Below, one piece after another: positions 12,960 through 26,665 of a stretch of DNA of 64,000 nucleotides (the first letter of the stretch is position 1; each line of letters opens with the position of its first letter). The position numbers and the translations under genes are program-made. The notes beneath the pieces were generated by a model. The model ran no database searches, was not told the origin of the DNA, and was given only the letters and a program-made list of their open reading frames with translations. Where the stretch lies: positions 4,340,001 through 4,404,000 of the forward strand of contig JBHGNT010000013.1 in assembly GCA_043228905.1 (NCBI GenBank), in the 5' to 3' direction. The stretch comes from Azolla caroliniana (lineage: Eukaryota; Plantae; Polypodiophyta).

Positions 12960-13570
12960 ACAAAAGAATTCTTGGCCAAACAAAATTGGCACTTTTATGA
13001 ATATGCGGATTCTGAAAGTCCATGGAAATCTATTTCCTTGGATTTCCTTATCGACTTGCCCTTTTCAAATGTTTTCAATGCAATTGTTATATAATTCATT
13101 GATTAACTAAGATTGCACATTTCCTTCTCTCTATGAAGATTATATTTCATTTCGTTTCACAAATTTGAAAACAAAAGCTCAAACAGGCGTCTCCCGTAAA
13201 CAGTCTTCTAGCTATCATCCAAAAGTGACAATTAAACCGTGGCTTCATAAATTACCAACAAGATGATTGGGCTAATACATGTCATCACAATAATTCATTA
13301 CACTCTTTGCAAATAATAGAATACATCTTCTATCAAATATACTTTGTTCTTTGCAAATACATTTCATCACCCTCTTTGGACAATGCTTGAGCATTCCAAA
13401 ATCTCTACAAATCTAGTTCAACTTCGAGGGATTCAGGCAAAGCTTTCATAGAACTTACTTGATGCGTAAGACTCACTCAAGCTAGTGCAAATCCACATTG
13501 TCAAGAATCTTCACTACAAAAATTTGTGTGCCAAATTGGGGATCATGTCTACATTTTACAATGCAATGTG
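12960..13570 (+). mobile_element. Highly decayed Ty3/gypsy (chromovirus-like) integrase remnant
   Basis: catggaaatctatttccttggatttccttatcgacttgcc translates as PWKSISLDFLIDLP; tctagctatcatccaaa (SSYHP) and caacaagatgattgg (QQDDW) match the integrase at 30500-30870. Confidence 0.6.
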
Positions 13571-15872
13571 CGAACCCAAGTTAGCTTGTTAATTTCTTTG
13601 TCCATTCTTGAACTTGATGTAGATTCAATATTTATTCCAAATCATGTTGTTCATAACAAATGATATTACTTGATTGATTGGTTATCTTATAACGTTTAGG
13701 GTTTAGAGTCTTGTATGTGGACACATAGTCCTTGGAGCACATCTATGCTAAAGTTAATAATCTACTTAATGAACAAGAAATGCTTGTGCATGAATAAAGT
13801 AGATATTTTAGATATCTCAAGCACTCTCCCTTCAAATTCTCAAAATAGCTCTCTCACATAACTCTACTCAAAGGCTTAGCTTTTATGATTATCAAGTTTG
13901 TTGTATTTAAGGACCCCGATTACAAACAGTAAGTGGGACTTCAAAATGTACTCATCTAAGTACATTAAGACAATAATCATTTAAAGAGTAGGAGCCCATC
14001 AACGTGTGCTCATTTAAGTACTATTGAGACAATAATCATTAGAGTTGTAGACCTTATGACTAACAAAAAATGAAATCCGGTAAACATTTAACACATTTAA
14101 GTTCCTAAAACAAAGCTTGAAGGGATTACATTTGCTTGAAATCATGATTGATTTGAGTTGTAAGATATTAGACACACCTATGTAGATGCCATGGAATTTG
14201 TCAAGTAAAAACGCTTTTCAATATCTCTTTAATTCTCATGAAATGTGCAAGCATCATCAATGTTAAACATGAGGCAACAAAACATTATGGGTGAGCAAAT
14301 TTGCAAGTCACTGTAAACTAATATTTTGATCGAACAATGATGAAGCACCTAAGCAAAGTATATTTTAAACCTAGTTGTGTTATTGTCTTGTGTCCTGTCC
14401 TCCTCTATGCTTCAAGAACAAAATGACAAGCAAAACGAGTGAAGAAGTCCTAGAATGCTAATTTAAGTGGGTACCAAATCCAGTTAATAAAAAAAGGACA
14501 ATAGGTTTGCAACCAAATAGGCTAAAATGTGGTCATTTGAAAGATTTTCAAAACAAATGAAGCAAACAATCATACACTAATTTAAAGAACGAGGGGCAAA
14601 ACGAAGTATATGAGGACCACAATGTACCAATTTGGTGGAACGACTAGTTGTGAGCTTCGCTACTTCACCAATATAGTAAATAATAATGATAAGGAGGAAT
14701 AAATGATAAAAGGGACATGATTGGAAAAGAAGCAAGACAAAAAGGACGATGGTTGGCCCAATAGTAGAGGCAAGTCAGTCTTGAAACCTCTTGGTTGATT
14801 GTGACCTTGACCAAAAAATAAAAGTGAAGTTGGCCTTTTCTTGATCACATGAGCAAAAACGAGATTAAGGATACTACGCTAACCATGTAACTAGCATGAA
14901 GAGCATATTCTCTAGTTTACGATTGTCTCTCTCCATGTCAACTCACATTCTATTCATCTTTCTCCTAGTTATTTTATCCTCTTATAAACTATGGACACAA
15001 TGGGTTCAATAACTATGACTATATCTTCTCGTTCCTAGTGTTAAAATTCTCTTCTAATTGTTTTCCATCAACGAATACTAGCATAATTGCGTTTCCAAAT
15101 TAGTTGTCTTTGGGTCAGTTGTAATTTTCTTCTTAGGATATCTTATGCTCATTCCTCTCCAGTTATAATTGTGTTTCTATGATGCGAACACAACTTCTTA
15201 ATTGTTGGACAAATGCAATGCCCTACATCATAATTGATCCCAAGGGTATTGAGACATTTGAAGGGGCAATGCCACTGGGCAAGTTTATCTTAGTGATGAC
15301 AAGAATTTCTAATTTCGTAATGTTTCTTGTTTAGATAAACATTTAATGGTTTTGAAATCAATTATGGAGTTGCTCTTTCATCTCATTTATGAAAATCTTG
15401 ACTAGGTTATATGATAATATTAACAAAATGTTATGACGTGTAGAGTAAATCTTAACCCGATTTGAGTGTACGATGATGTTGAAAGGTAAATCCGTTCTTA
15501 ATTAAGTTAATTAATTTTTATATTCGAACCTTTTGTTTGATTTCATTCTACAAGATTCTTGGCACATTGGTATAGCCACAATGTGGGATGCCAGGGTTTA
15601 GTGTAGTCCAAACAACCAATCATTTCCATAACATGGCACAAGAGAATGATTATGTTTCATTCAATATAAGTAAAGATGAATATCTTTGCAATGCATTATA
15701 AATTTATTGATAGAATTACATATGATCAACCAAAAACCAAAAGAAAGATTATTTATAGCATGTATTTGCATGCAGCTTAAGCACTAATACAAATTTTGTT
15801 ATGTTGATGTAGCATACAAGATTGCTATGTGGCATTGCGCGAAATGTTTTGTGAGTTATGAAATGTGAATTC

Positions 15873-18800
15873 TTAAGATTTCCAATATTGGTTAGAGAGC
15901 CAAAGAGAATCTGCTGCGACACCTAGGTTGTCTTGATTGCGGTGCCAAGAATAATATGCATGTGTCCTATTCTTTATGTCAAGAAGGCCATGCCCATAGC
16001 TAGCTTCGCGATATGCGGAATATGCGGGTTGAGGCTCTGTGAACCTATTAAAAAAGCACACAATAACTCATGCATCACAAAAGTAATATTTTATATCGAA
16101 AGAAGACCTTTTGTGGCAAAGAAACATATTCCAAAGCACAAGATTACTTGTCAGAGAGACCGTCGGCACCACCATCTCCAAGGACTACATAAACTGGTGC
16201 AGATGGGTTAGGTTGTGGGGTACACATCCCATTAGTAATGTTGTAATTTATGTTGGAGAAGCGATACTAAACACAACATTTAAATAATTAGTTAATATCC
16301 AATTCAAATACCTAGAAATTTAGTCTTGCAATGTGTTGTCCTTACCTAGGGAATAGTTGTAGTATTATTCTCGATATTTTGCCTAACAAACTCTCTGAAT
16401 GTAAAATCAAAACAAAAGCATAAAAGAATATCTAAGGTTATACTTACTGATCTTTCATATGCATGACAATGGCCGGCGAACACAATGTCAACCTTAGCTT
16501 GCACGAACCATGATTCAAATTGAACTCGCATGGTTTCACCCTCCATATAATGATCCTCATTGCTATTGTACAAGGGTGAATGCATCAAAACAATAAGCCA
16601 TGGAGTCTTTGTCCTATCAACAGAGCTCAGTTCCTTCTTTAGCCATACATATTGAGGAGTATATTTTCCTATACAAATATGAGCTCAAGAATGTGAGTGT
16701 TGCCTTAATCAACTTTCCCCGAGAAAGTGAAACTAGAATAATAGAGTGTACTTACCGAATGCCGAGTAAGAAGAAAGAACGATAATATGGGCTGATGCTC
16801 TCTTGATGGAGTACCACAATTGTGATGTACTATTTGAGGCTTTATAGGGCACACGATAGCGGTTCAAATATACCTTGAATGGCGTATTCTCTCCCTAATG
16901 GATAAAATGAAATTGAAAAGAGTGACATGTCATCTAGACTTTACTCAAAGAGAGAGAGAGAGAGAGTAGGTATGTAATCAATGATATCAAACTAACCACA
17001 TCAAAGAGAAGATCAATCTCATGGTTGCCTGCCGTCCAAATCCAAGGTTGGTAAGCTGTGCTTCGTTCAACAAAGCGGCCCCATGTATCCCATCGGTTGT
17101 GGTCATGGAAAGGATAAGTGTCAGCATAGGAAAAGTCACCTACAAATAGAAGTGTTTGACCTTTTCCTCGCACGTAGCGGTCAAGTGTTCTATTGGAATC
17201 AAATGTTTGTCCAAGGTCACCTATTTAAACAATCATTTGAGTAATTACCATAAATGAGAACAAGAATTGAATAGCAAAAGTGATATATTTTGTAATTAGT
17301 TTGAAAATTCCATGTTTTATCATGACTATATCAATGTCAACACATGAATTAATTATAAGATCTTTCCCAAAGTCAATCATGATGTTCAAATTATTCATCA
17401 CAATCTTTATTGCATGCTTGCAGTATCATATCTTCAATATCCAAACATTTCTAATTTGGCATTGTGTCAATACTCTTTAGTGTTTCCAATCCATCATCGC
17501 ATACCTTAGATAATGTCAATTGTAAACATAATGCCCAATATCTCAAAGAGATGGACCATCTAGATTGAGGTTTGTTTTTATTCAAGAAGTGATGAATCGA
17601 GACCATCATGATACATGCAATGTAGGTTGTTAATGTTCTAGTTTTCATGCAACATATCTTCAAATGGTTTGGGTTTCATGGAATATAGCTTGTTAATGCT
17701 CTATATTTTCAAATTGATTTTCTCTTAAATGAGTGGAAGGATTGTCCTCACTTTTTGGGGTTATTTTAGTAACTATAGCATTCAGACATCAATTATTTAA
17801 CACTTGAACCCCGACCACTAGTATACTATCTTGTATATGGGAATTATTCTTACTTGATGATAGTCCTTGATCATCCTATGCACATGGGGACTATTTAATA
17901 AGTTTAGTTTATTATGTCATTCTACTAAAGGCAAGAACCCCATCAAATTTTAGAGAACGAGAAAACAAAATGAATGAAAATAAATAGGACTTAAGATAAT
18001 TTATCACATTTCACCAATGAAGTTTCTAATAAATAGTTTCCATTTCATAGTACCAATTATTCCAAAAGTGTAGGGAACATCGGGTCCAATTGGTGGAGGT
18101 GTCTGAAACGAAAACTCTCGAGCAGAGGCTCCCTCCCCTAGTTTGTAGTAATATTTGGTGTTAGGCTGCAAAAACAGTATAAGCAAACATTAAACAAAAA
18201 ACTGTTAAGAATATCTATATCTTAGTAATCACCTAAGTTTATATGTATATGTACACACCTTGAGGTTATCAATTCTACAATGATGAATAAACCCAGATGT
18301 GTAGTTGTAATATGTGTATGTTAGGACGTCAGCTTTTTTACTCTTAGAGTACTTTCCAGAGTTGAGACCATATTGGACAAGATTAGATCCGGGTTTTGAA
18401 GGTGTAATCCATGATATATAGACTGCTTCTCCAATGTGATCTCCTTGTGTGATATGCACCTACATCCGAAAAAATTCACTTTGATATTATCGCATTGCCA
18501 CATTGTAGGAAAGTTTTGTTCATTATGATTTAGGAGTGTATGTAGGTTCTACAAATTGAATTCGGTATGTTCATTATGATGGGAGGCCATATTGTGAAAA
18601 CTATTAAATGAGCAAAAAATGGGATATGTTCATTCATGAAGGAAGAAAACAACATGATTTAGTATGTGATAGAGAAGGTTTTCCACAAACAAAATGTCCA
18701 TGCTTATCTGATATGGATCTTATTATCTATAATCAACATAATGGTTATGTTCTAATTACAAAATTTGTTTTGCTTGATGACAAGAATATTATCTCTACCC

Positions 18801-19192
18801 ATCCAAACACAAAAATCTAGCTACAATTCAATGAGGTCCAGTAATATGACCAAGTGTAGCAACACGCCATGAAAGAATACAAAAGTATACGAATGAATGA
18901 TAAGCTCCAAATGTTCAAGTTTTTTGTGTAAGAAAGCAAATTATAAATATTTACACGCAACAATGCATTATAACATTAAGAACTCAAGATTTGTTGCCTG
19001 TTGTGGAGCATTGTAGCCATTGGGCACTTTGAAAACATCACTATCCAAGGGCATGTCCCCAGGATATACTTCTAATTTGCGTTCGATCTTTGAGCTTGTC
19101 ACTCCACCGTTGATGCATAGTGTGAAAGTAGAGACCAATAATATTACATTAAACATGGCCACAACAAGATTAAGGTTCGCAATGCTTGTCAT
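15873..19192 (-). CDS. PAP: Purple acid phosphatase (high-MW, PAP10/12/26-like) copy 1, ~460 aa; exons 19192-18998, 18459-18259, 18165-18054, 17220-16997, 16894-16756, 16668-16448, 16266-16148, 16044-15873
   Basis: Signal peptide, [24 protein letters not shown], and metal motifs GDLG, GDFSY, GNHE, VLMH, GHCH. Exon phases sum to an open frame; intron 1 donor is GC. Confidence 0.93.
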
Positions 19193-20404
19193 ACCTATAG
19201 TTGTCCCTGAAACCTATTGCACGAAATGGATTATAAATAGAACGTCAACAAAATATCCCTCTCCCACTCTCAAAAAAGAAGATCTTACCTTATGCATAAG
19301 AAGAAGATGATGGACAAGTTGTCATAATGAGTGAGGGTGTCACTTATAAATAGATATCACATCAAAGTATTACTTAATTCATTTATTTATTTCCATTTGA
19401 ATTGGAGAGCATATATATGAGTTATTCATGGAATATACTTAGAAATGCAAACTCTTATTAATTTAATTTCCACATAGAAGCGAAGACTATGCCAAAGTTA
19501 TATTATAAAAGCGTATTTAGATCATGGTTTACGAATGACATAGACTTTAAGAAAATTCATACCGTATATTCCAAATTCGATTTAAAATCCTTGAGTTGTG
19601 GATAATATATTCGACTTCATTTCAACTCTAATTTTTTTATATTTCTCCAAATGCCCTCAATTAACCCTCAATAGAGAGGAAAGGGAATGAATCGACTATA
19701 TCATTACTCAAATAATATAAGGAACAACTTTGGGAGGGGGTTTACAAAGGGACATTTAAGGAAATTGCAAACATTTAGGAAATACAGGAAAATTATATAT
19801 TACCAAAATACACAATGATGATAATTGAAGTTTTGGTACATCATCACTTTGTTACAATCATGTTTTCACCATCAAGTGTTGATTACACATATAATTAAGA
19901 ATGTGCATACGCCTATATTATACAAAAGAAGAAAATAGGTTACTTTGTACTATGATTGATAGTTATGGGGAGAAGGACATTGACCATGTGGTAAGGCTTG
20001 TGGAGAGGCCATCAACACAAAGTTACAAAATGGGAAAGGAACCATTCAAATCATGTGACATCCAAATTATTACTCAAAATCATGTATATAATTGCTATAA
20101 GTATAACTTTAAGGACCAATTCTAAAGCTAATTTCAATGGTTTAAGGGTAGGATAACGGGGATGCTATGATATTGAATGTTACGAATTGAAGAATTCATG
20201 ACAAGTAATGAGCATTTAGATGAAGAGAAGAATGGTTTAAGGGTGGTTAATCACACTGGCACCCTGATCGAAGGACAAGAAATGAACATAAAACACAATT
20301 GATGCCCCATACCACTAAATATTTTACCTTATGTTCTACATTGAAAGGAAAGGAAAGATGAACAATTTAAATAGAAGAGAGATTTGTCCCACCAATCAAG
20401 ATGC

Positions 20405-21631
20405 TATTGAGAATCCAGTCCCTCCGAATGGGATGGAGAGCCAGTCGAACCGGCCTAAAAATGATCGACTGAAGAGCTAGAAGATAGTCGGCTTGTGCAA
20501 ATAGGAATTTGGATATTGCGCAATGAGTCGGATTGTTAGGAGGACTAAGGACCGACTAGGGAGAGATAAGCCGAATCAGTCAATAACAAACTTAGTCGAG
20601 GCCAAAAATCAATTGATTTCAATTTGACTGATAACCGACTCGGCTAATAGCCAAATCGGCCGAATCGACCGAAGCCGACTCAGGGCTATATTTGGAAATA
20701 GCCACATTAGCCCTAATGTGCCTATTGTGGGCTATATTTGTAAATAGTCATATATGTGGAGAAACGCGCGGAATATTGCTCGGCCACAACCGAGTCTTCA
20801 ATAACTTCAATGAGAATCAAACACAGAAATGGAAATGGGGAGAGAGCACACGTACACACACGGACAATAGAGAGTACACAAGATGTTTACGTGGAAAACC
20901 CTAATAGGGGAAAAAACCACAGGAGCCCACAAACTCCAAACTATCACTATATGAGAGGAAGTACAAAGTGGAAACACAAAGGCAACGACCTCATGCTTGC
21001 GATCTTCACCAGATGGCGGTTACAACAGAAAGTACTCATAACTACTCTCACGCTCTCTCTCTACAACAATTATGCACATACAACAATATGACAACAACAC
21101 ACTTACTTATGACAACTACTTTACAAAGTGATTGCCCTAAGTCATATTTATACTTATATGAACTTAGGGCTGTTTACAAATATAGACTTCCCTTCCGGTT
21201 CTCATCGGGTCCAATCGATCCGGTTTTCGGATCTCTTTCGGTTCTCACTGGGTCCTCTTCATTCATCACCAGATCCCATCTGGAGGGACCGATTTCCCAA
21301 CAATATATGAGCATGGTTATAAATATTGCTAGGGCAAAAGTGCATTATGATTATCAGTCACGGGTAATTATATGTATGTACAGAGTTGATTAAGTGTGTT
21401 GAGAGAGAATGTGAGTGTTGTAGCCGTCTACAAGACGAAGTAGAGCTCAAGATGAAGTACAGTGATTCTGTTTGGAGTTTGTGGGCTCTCGTGTTTTTTC
21501 CCTTTCTAGGTTTTCCACGATAACATCTTGTCTCGCTGTCTGTGCCTTTTCAGTTTTCTATCTTTGTTTTGGCTATCATCTTCTTTCATTTTGTATTGGT
21601 GAACCGATTGTAGTTGACCTCATTTCGAACA
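20405..21631 (+). mobile_element. Solo LTR (copia-like) with 5-bp TSD GATGC, interrupted by a second solo LTR
   Basis: gatgc|TATTG(TGTTG-derived)...TTCGAACA|gatgc. Confidence 0.75.
20755..21302 (-). mobile_element. Nested solo LTR (548 bp), TSD ATATA; same family as 63622-63955
   Basis: atata|TGTGGAGAAACGCGCGGAATA...TTCCCAACA|atata; strong similarity to the sequence from 63622 onward. Confidence 0.85.
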
Positions 21632-22925
21632 GATGCAATATGGTGTAAACATAACCTTAGGGACTAATTCTAAAGCTAATTTTAATAGTTTAAGGGTAGC
21701 ACAAAAAGAAAACCAGTTTTCCTAGGACATGGGACAAACCCATAAGAACCGATGGCACGTGGGAACATGTGATGATGATGTGGATTATGCAAAGAAAGAA
21801 AAACATGAAAAGGCCAAGTTTTTCTCGAGACTATGGTCAAGGTTATCACTAGAAGAGAAATAGAAAATTTGCAAATAACAAGGGATAAATCAAATGGTAT
21901 GATCTAGTCTTTGAACTCTAATACATAATTGATGGTTAGGAAACATGTTACTCTTTCTTACTTTGCTTTTGCCCTATGTACCTAGCGTTAAATCCTAGTT
22001 TCCAAACTATCCAACCCTTAAACCATTAAAACTAGCTTTAGAATTGGTCCTCAAAGGATCAATTCTACCCTTATATGAAGGGACACACCATACCATGTGC
22101 CTAGCCACAATGGTTACCTTATGATAGTTGTCAAACTAGCTAGCCTTGGGTTCTTATCTTTATATTTGCTCCCAAGCAATGTTTACATCAATACTAAGCT
22201 CAAACTGACCATTGTATTAGGGAATGGAATATATTTCCCGAATCTTTTATAAGCTGCCAAGTTTCCATATGTACATTGAAGATTTTATTTCCCATTAAAT
22301 CTATATCCATCGATGTCCCTTTCAACGTGTCTATCTATAATTCATAATTGTTTTTAAAACCTTCTTAATTTATTGCTCTAATTCATTCCCTCTATGAAAT
22401 ATAAAGGCCTTTGCTTGAATAATCTAGAGATCCCCACCAAGTATGCCTTATCCCCATGAATGATGATATTTTCTCCTTTTCCTTATGTCAATGGTTGTTA
22501 TATTTTGATACCACTCTTTTCAATGTTTTACTTTGGTGTGTATAATTTCATATCAATACCAAAGTCAATATGTGTCCAAAACATTATTTATCTATGGATT
22601 TAAACAAGTACATGTATGAACATTTTACTAATAGCTATAAACTAATAAAATTGGGTAAATTGGAGGAACAGAAGGAGAGCGATGGTGGGGTTTAGGGTTG
22701 CAGGGAGGGTGTCGAACGCAACAGACTCCTTTCTCCTAACGCGAGTCAACATCATAGGAAGCGATGGAGGGGTTTAGGGTTGCACAGAGCGCCTCGAATG
22801 AACCACATCAATGCTGAGTTTCCCTATCCCTACAGTGTAAGGTGTATCTTTTTTATTAGGTTGTAAGATTAATAGTAGAGCATTAGAGGGCAAGGGAGCC
22901 AAAGGGCAACAGGCTACAAAAGAAC

Positions 22926-24325
22926 ATGTTGGCGAAGAAGCCATCCGAGGGCAGTAAAGCATCAATGTCATCGATTAAAGTACCGGCGGCAAGGGTGCCG
23001 ACCGTGCGGTGGGTGGAGTCGAGGTATGCACTACAAAGGATGATTAATGGTCGAGAGAAGCAACAGGTTGGGAATTTGGAATACAAGGAAGCAAGTGACG
23101 CATGGAAAGACGTAGGGAAACATATTAATGGAGGAGCCGGTAGGATATGTAAGGAATTAGTGAATCAGACAGATAAGAGGGGATGGATGGAAGAGGGGAT
23201 TAGGGCTCCTTCCAGCAGTACGGCTGCAACCATCTTCACAGTTGATGGCAGTGAGGATTCGCGAGTGTGTGGAGAATAAGATGGTTGGAAAGTATATGTC
23301 CGGAAGCAAGAGGCTAGAGGAGATCATTCCAACCTTGCATTATGGCAAATGGACGAAGAGGGAGTAGAAGAGGGGCAACGGGGACTGCAAGGAGGATTGC
23401 CTCAAGGGATGGTTATTGTGGAGAGAGAGGCCATGGAGTACACATTGCAAGTGGAAAATCTTTTGCAAGAATGTGGTCAGGCACATAATGCATACCTAAG
23501 AGGAAATCTTGATAAGGATCTGGAAATGATGGAGACTTCTGAGATATTAGATGTTTTTTTGTCCGAAGAAGAAAGTACAATCCTAAATGCTGAGATCAAA
23601 AGATTAAAGAAGTGTTCGTTCATTTGTAAACTACTTGGTGGTAGGCCCAGTAGAGGTATGGTCCGTGACATGCTACAAGTAGCTTTAATGGATAATATGG
23701 GGAGAAGATTGGCACAATTTATCCTTCAAAGGCAACCATGGTAGACAAAATCAGAGACTCCCCTAAGATTAGGGTGCTTGTGCAAAGTTTGTCCACAGTT
23801 CCCTCTCTAATTAGGGTGCATGAGGTGGAGGCAAGATTGATAGATGTGGAAGTGGAATACGAGGGTCTACTTGGCCAATGTTTTTATTGTAAAAAAAAGG
23901 GCCACATTGCTAAGGAATGTCCAAGGAAGATTAATAGTAATGTAAGGGGGGAGAAGGTTACGGGGCCGCTAGCTAAGCAAGAGAAGATAAGGGAGACAAG
24001 ATTGAGTACCCTCAATGGGGCTGAGAAGGCGAACATTAGTGCAAATGGTTGGACTTGTGTTTTGGGACGCAAAACTAGCTTACAACGAGAAGTAAACACG
24101 GATACGTCTCAGGTAGATTTGAGAAATTGTTTTGAAGTGTTGCAAGAAGAGGAGCACCTAGCACAGGATCCAAAGAAAACTATTGTTGAAGAGGTGGTAG
24201 CATGTACACCTGAGGTCCTATTAAAAAGTGCAACACTTAGACAGGAATCTACCATGAGCTCTTGTTCCTCCATTTGGCAAAAGTGGAAATATGGGATTGA
24301 GAGCAATGAAAGACTGGTTACGTAA
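22926..24325 (+). pseudogene. L1 ORF1 (gag-like, CCHC zinc knuckle), broken into several ORFs
   Basis: ORFs 22926-23279, 23349-23744 and 23738-24325; EYEGLLGQCFYCKKKGHIAKECP. Confidence 0.8.
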
Positions 24326-25324
24326 TGGGAGGTGTCAAGAAAGCTCATCCATCACTCCCGAAACTCAGAAGTTGCAAGCGTTGGGACAAGGAAATAAGGA
24401 GGCAAATTTTAGAGTTCCAATCAAATTTGTTAGGTCAAAAATATTGGAAGGGGACATGTTGGACAAGGGATATAGGTTTAGTCAACAGGCTCTCACAAGA
24501 CTGACTGATTTGTCTCATGGGGAAGCCCTAGGGCTAAGGGTTTATGTAGTTGTTGCTGAACAAAATAAGCTGCCGGCTATAGGCTTCTCTTTTGATCTAA
24601 CAAACCTAGAGGTTACAACCAGTAACATGCCACGGATCACCAATCTATAGAAGTCAAGGCGCACAAATACTTTAACAACCTGCCTATCACCTGGAATGGA
24701 GATAATTGGATGTTGATGTGGCTTAATGCTGGGATGATATGTGGGAGTTTCGATAATTCTTGCATTAAAAAGCAGCTTCTACTATGCTTAAAGGAGACGG
24801 TAGACTCCCTTGATGAGGTGTTACACTTCCATGAGGAGGAAATGGAAGAAGCTACACGGCAAGATGTTGTTTTAGGATGGGAGAGGATCAAGGTGGGAGG
24901 TTGGGCATGGGCTCGTAGGGAGGGACTATGTCCGTCTTGGGAGATTTCACAATTGATCTCATGAAATTAATCACGTGGAACATACAAGGCCTAGGCGGCA
25001 ACAAATGTATGTTGGAGAGGAAGAACCTCAGCCAAGAGTTCAAATCCCCAAGCTTTAAGGGGATCCCAGATATTTTTCTCTTGCGAGAGCACCATTTGAG
25101 TGTGAAGAGAATCTTGAGTATTGGCAATCCTCTTGTGGGGGATTGGCATACATTTTGGTCCCCAACGCAGGGTGAGCCTGGTAGAAAAGGAGGTGTTTGT
25201 ACATCTATCAAGAATAATCTAGATATTATTGTTGTGGGCCAGGGCACCATAGTAGAGGGGCGTGCCATCTATGTGACTGTCAAATGGCAGCAATCTATCA
25301 TTGGAATAATAAATGTGTACGAGC

Positions 25325-26540
25325 TGTCGTGAAGATTTTCAGCAACGGTGTGAAAATAGCATGGAATGTACAAAATCAAGTGTGGTTCTTCACACACAAT
25401 ATGAAACAATAATAATAAAGATATTATTTATATCTTGGTATGAAAATATGGATGTCTTCAAGAGCTTCCAAATGCATTTACTACATGTGAAATGGATACC
25501 TTAGTGTCAAGTTATGTGAGTGTGAAGTTTGAGAAGAAGAAGAGAAAAACAAAAACTGTGAGATATCCCACATAGATAGGACAAATCAGGATCCCATAGT
25601 ATATAAGCAGAGCCAGAATTTATTACTTTTTGTCTATGAGTGGAGCACAGAATGTTCTTGGGCTAAACTGTGTCTTAACTACTCGTAATTGTTTTGGGTG
25701 ACCGGACGACGACGAAACCGGCGACGGAACCGAAACCCAAACCGAACGGTGACGGAACCAGAACCGGACAACGACGACGACGGAACTGGAACCGGTCGGG
25801 GATGGCGATCGAACCGGGACCGGCACCAGCACTGGAACCGGACCAGATAGAACGGATCACCGGGTCATATGCGGACCGGATAGACGGATCGATCGGATAG
25901 GTTGATCGCGATGATTTCGGTGGGAAGCGAACAAAATATCTAGACTAAAAAACCTAGTAAAAGTTTGTATACAAAGGGATGCAAGCAAGGTTTGAACCTT
26001 GCACCTCCAAGATAGAAGACAATAGACTGACCACTAAGCTTAGTCATTTCCTTAGAAATATTTCTTCTATCATTATACTTTTACATGTAAATTCTTATAT
26101 TAGAGCTTGATTGAGTGACATGGTTATCATGCATCACATGTAATGCATGAGCGGCAAATGGCAAACATGCATTCCATGCATTGTATGCATGTCTTGTACC
26201 CTCACATGCATCATATGCATGGGGGTGTCTATAAAAGAGTGGATGAAGAAGAAAAACGGAGCAAGGTATGAATCAAGAATTTAATAAGAAGAAAATTCAT
26301 TATCCAATTGATGATATATCTTGTTCTTCAAATCTAAGGTCAAGAGTTCAATCTTAATCTCTCTCTCCATTTCAATCTTTCTCAATCTGTTTCAAAATTG
26401 GAATCTTAATCTTAATCTCTCTCTCAATCTATCTTAAATCCTTTCTCGCTAAAGCTAGTGCAAACTTTGAATCCTTCTGATCCAAAACCCCGGCGGTTCC
26501 ACCTCACGATCCGCATGTAGCACTACGGATCGTCACGACA
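25325..26540 (+). mobile_element. Solo LTR of the TGTCG...CGACA family (related to element X), 4-bp degenerate TSD gagc/gtgc
   Basis: Starts TGTCGTGAAG as X does and ends CACGACA. Shares the CATG-rich block and TATA with the X LTR. A/B-box cassette on - at ~25989-26041. Confidence 0.85.
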
Positions 26541-26665
26541 GTGCCCAATTCGACAGCAATGCGAGCCCTTTTTTGGAGGCAATTGGCTGATGGCCTGCCG
26601 ATTGCAGATACGTGGATCCTCGTAGGGGATTTTAACATGACTTTGCACATATACGACAAGGTTGG

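Noticed and set aside
17800-17825. Additional B-box-like motif in PAP copy 1 intron 3
   Set aside because: Only a partial B box with no properly spaced A box; compatible with chance.
25675-25900. Short ORFs in the GC-rich gaaccgg/gacgac repeats
   Set aside because: Low-complexity LTR repeats within the solo LTR.
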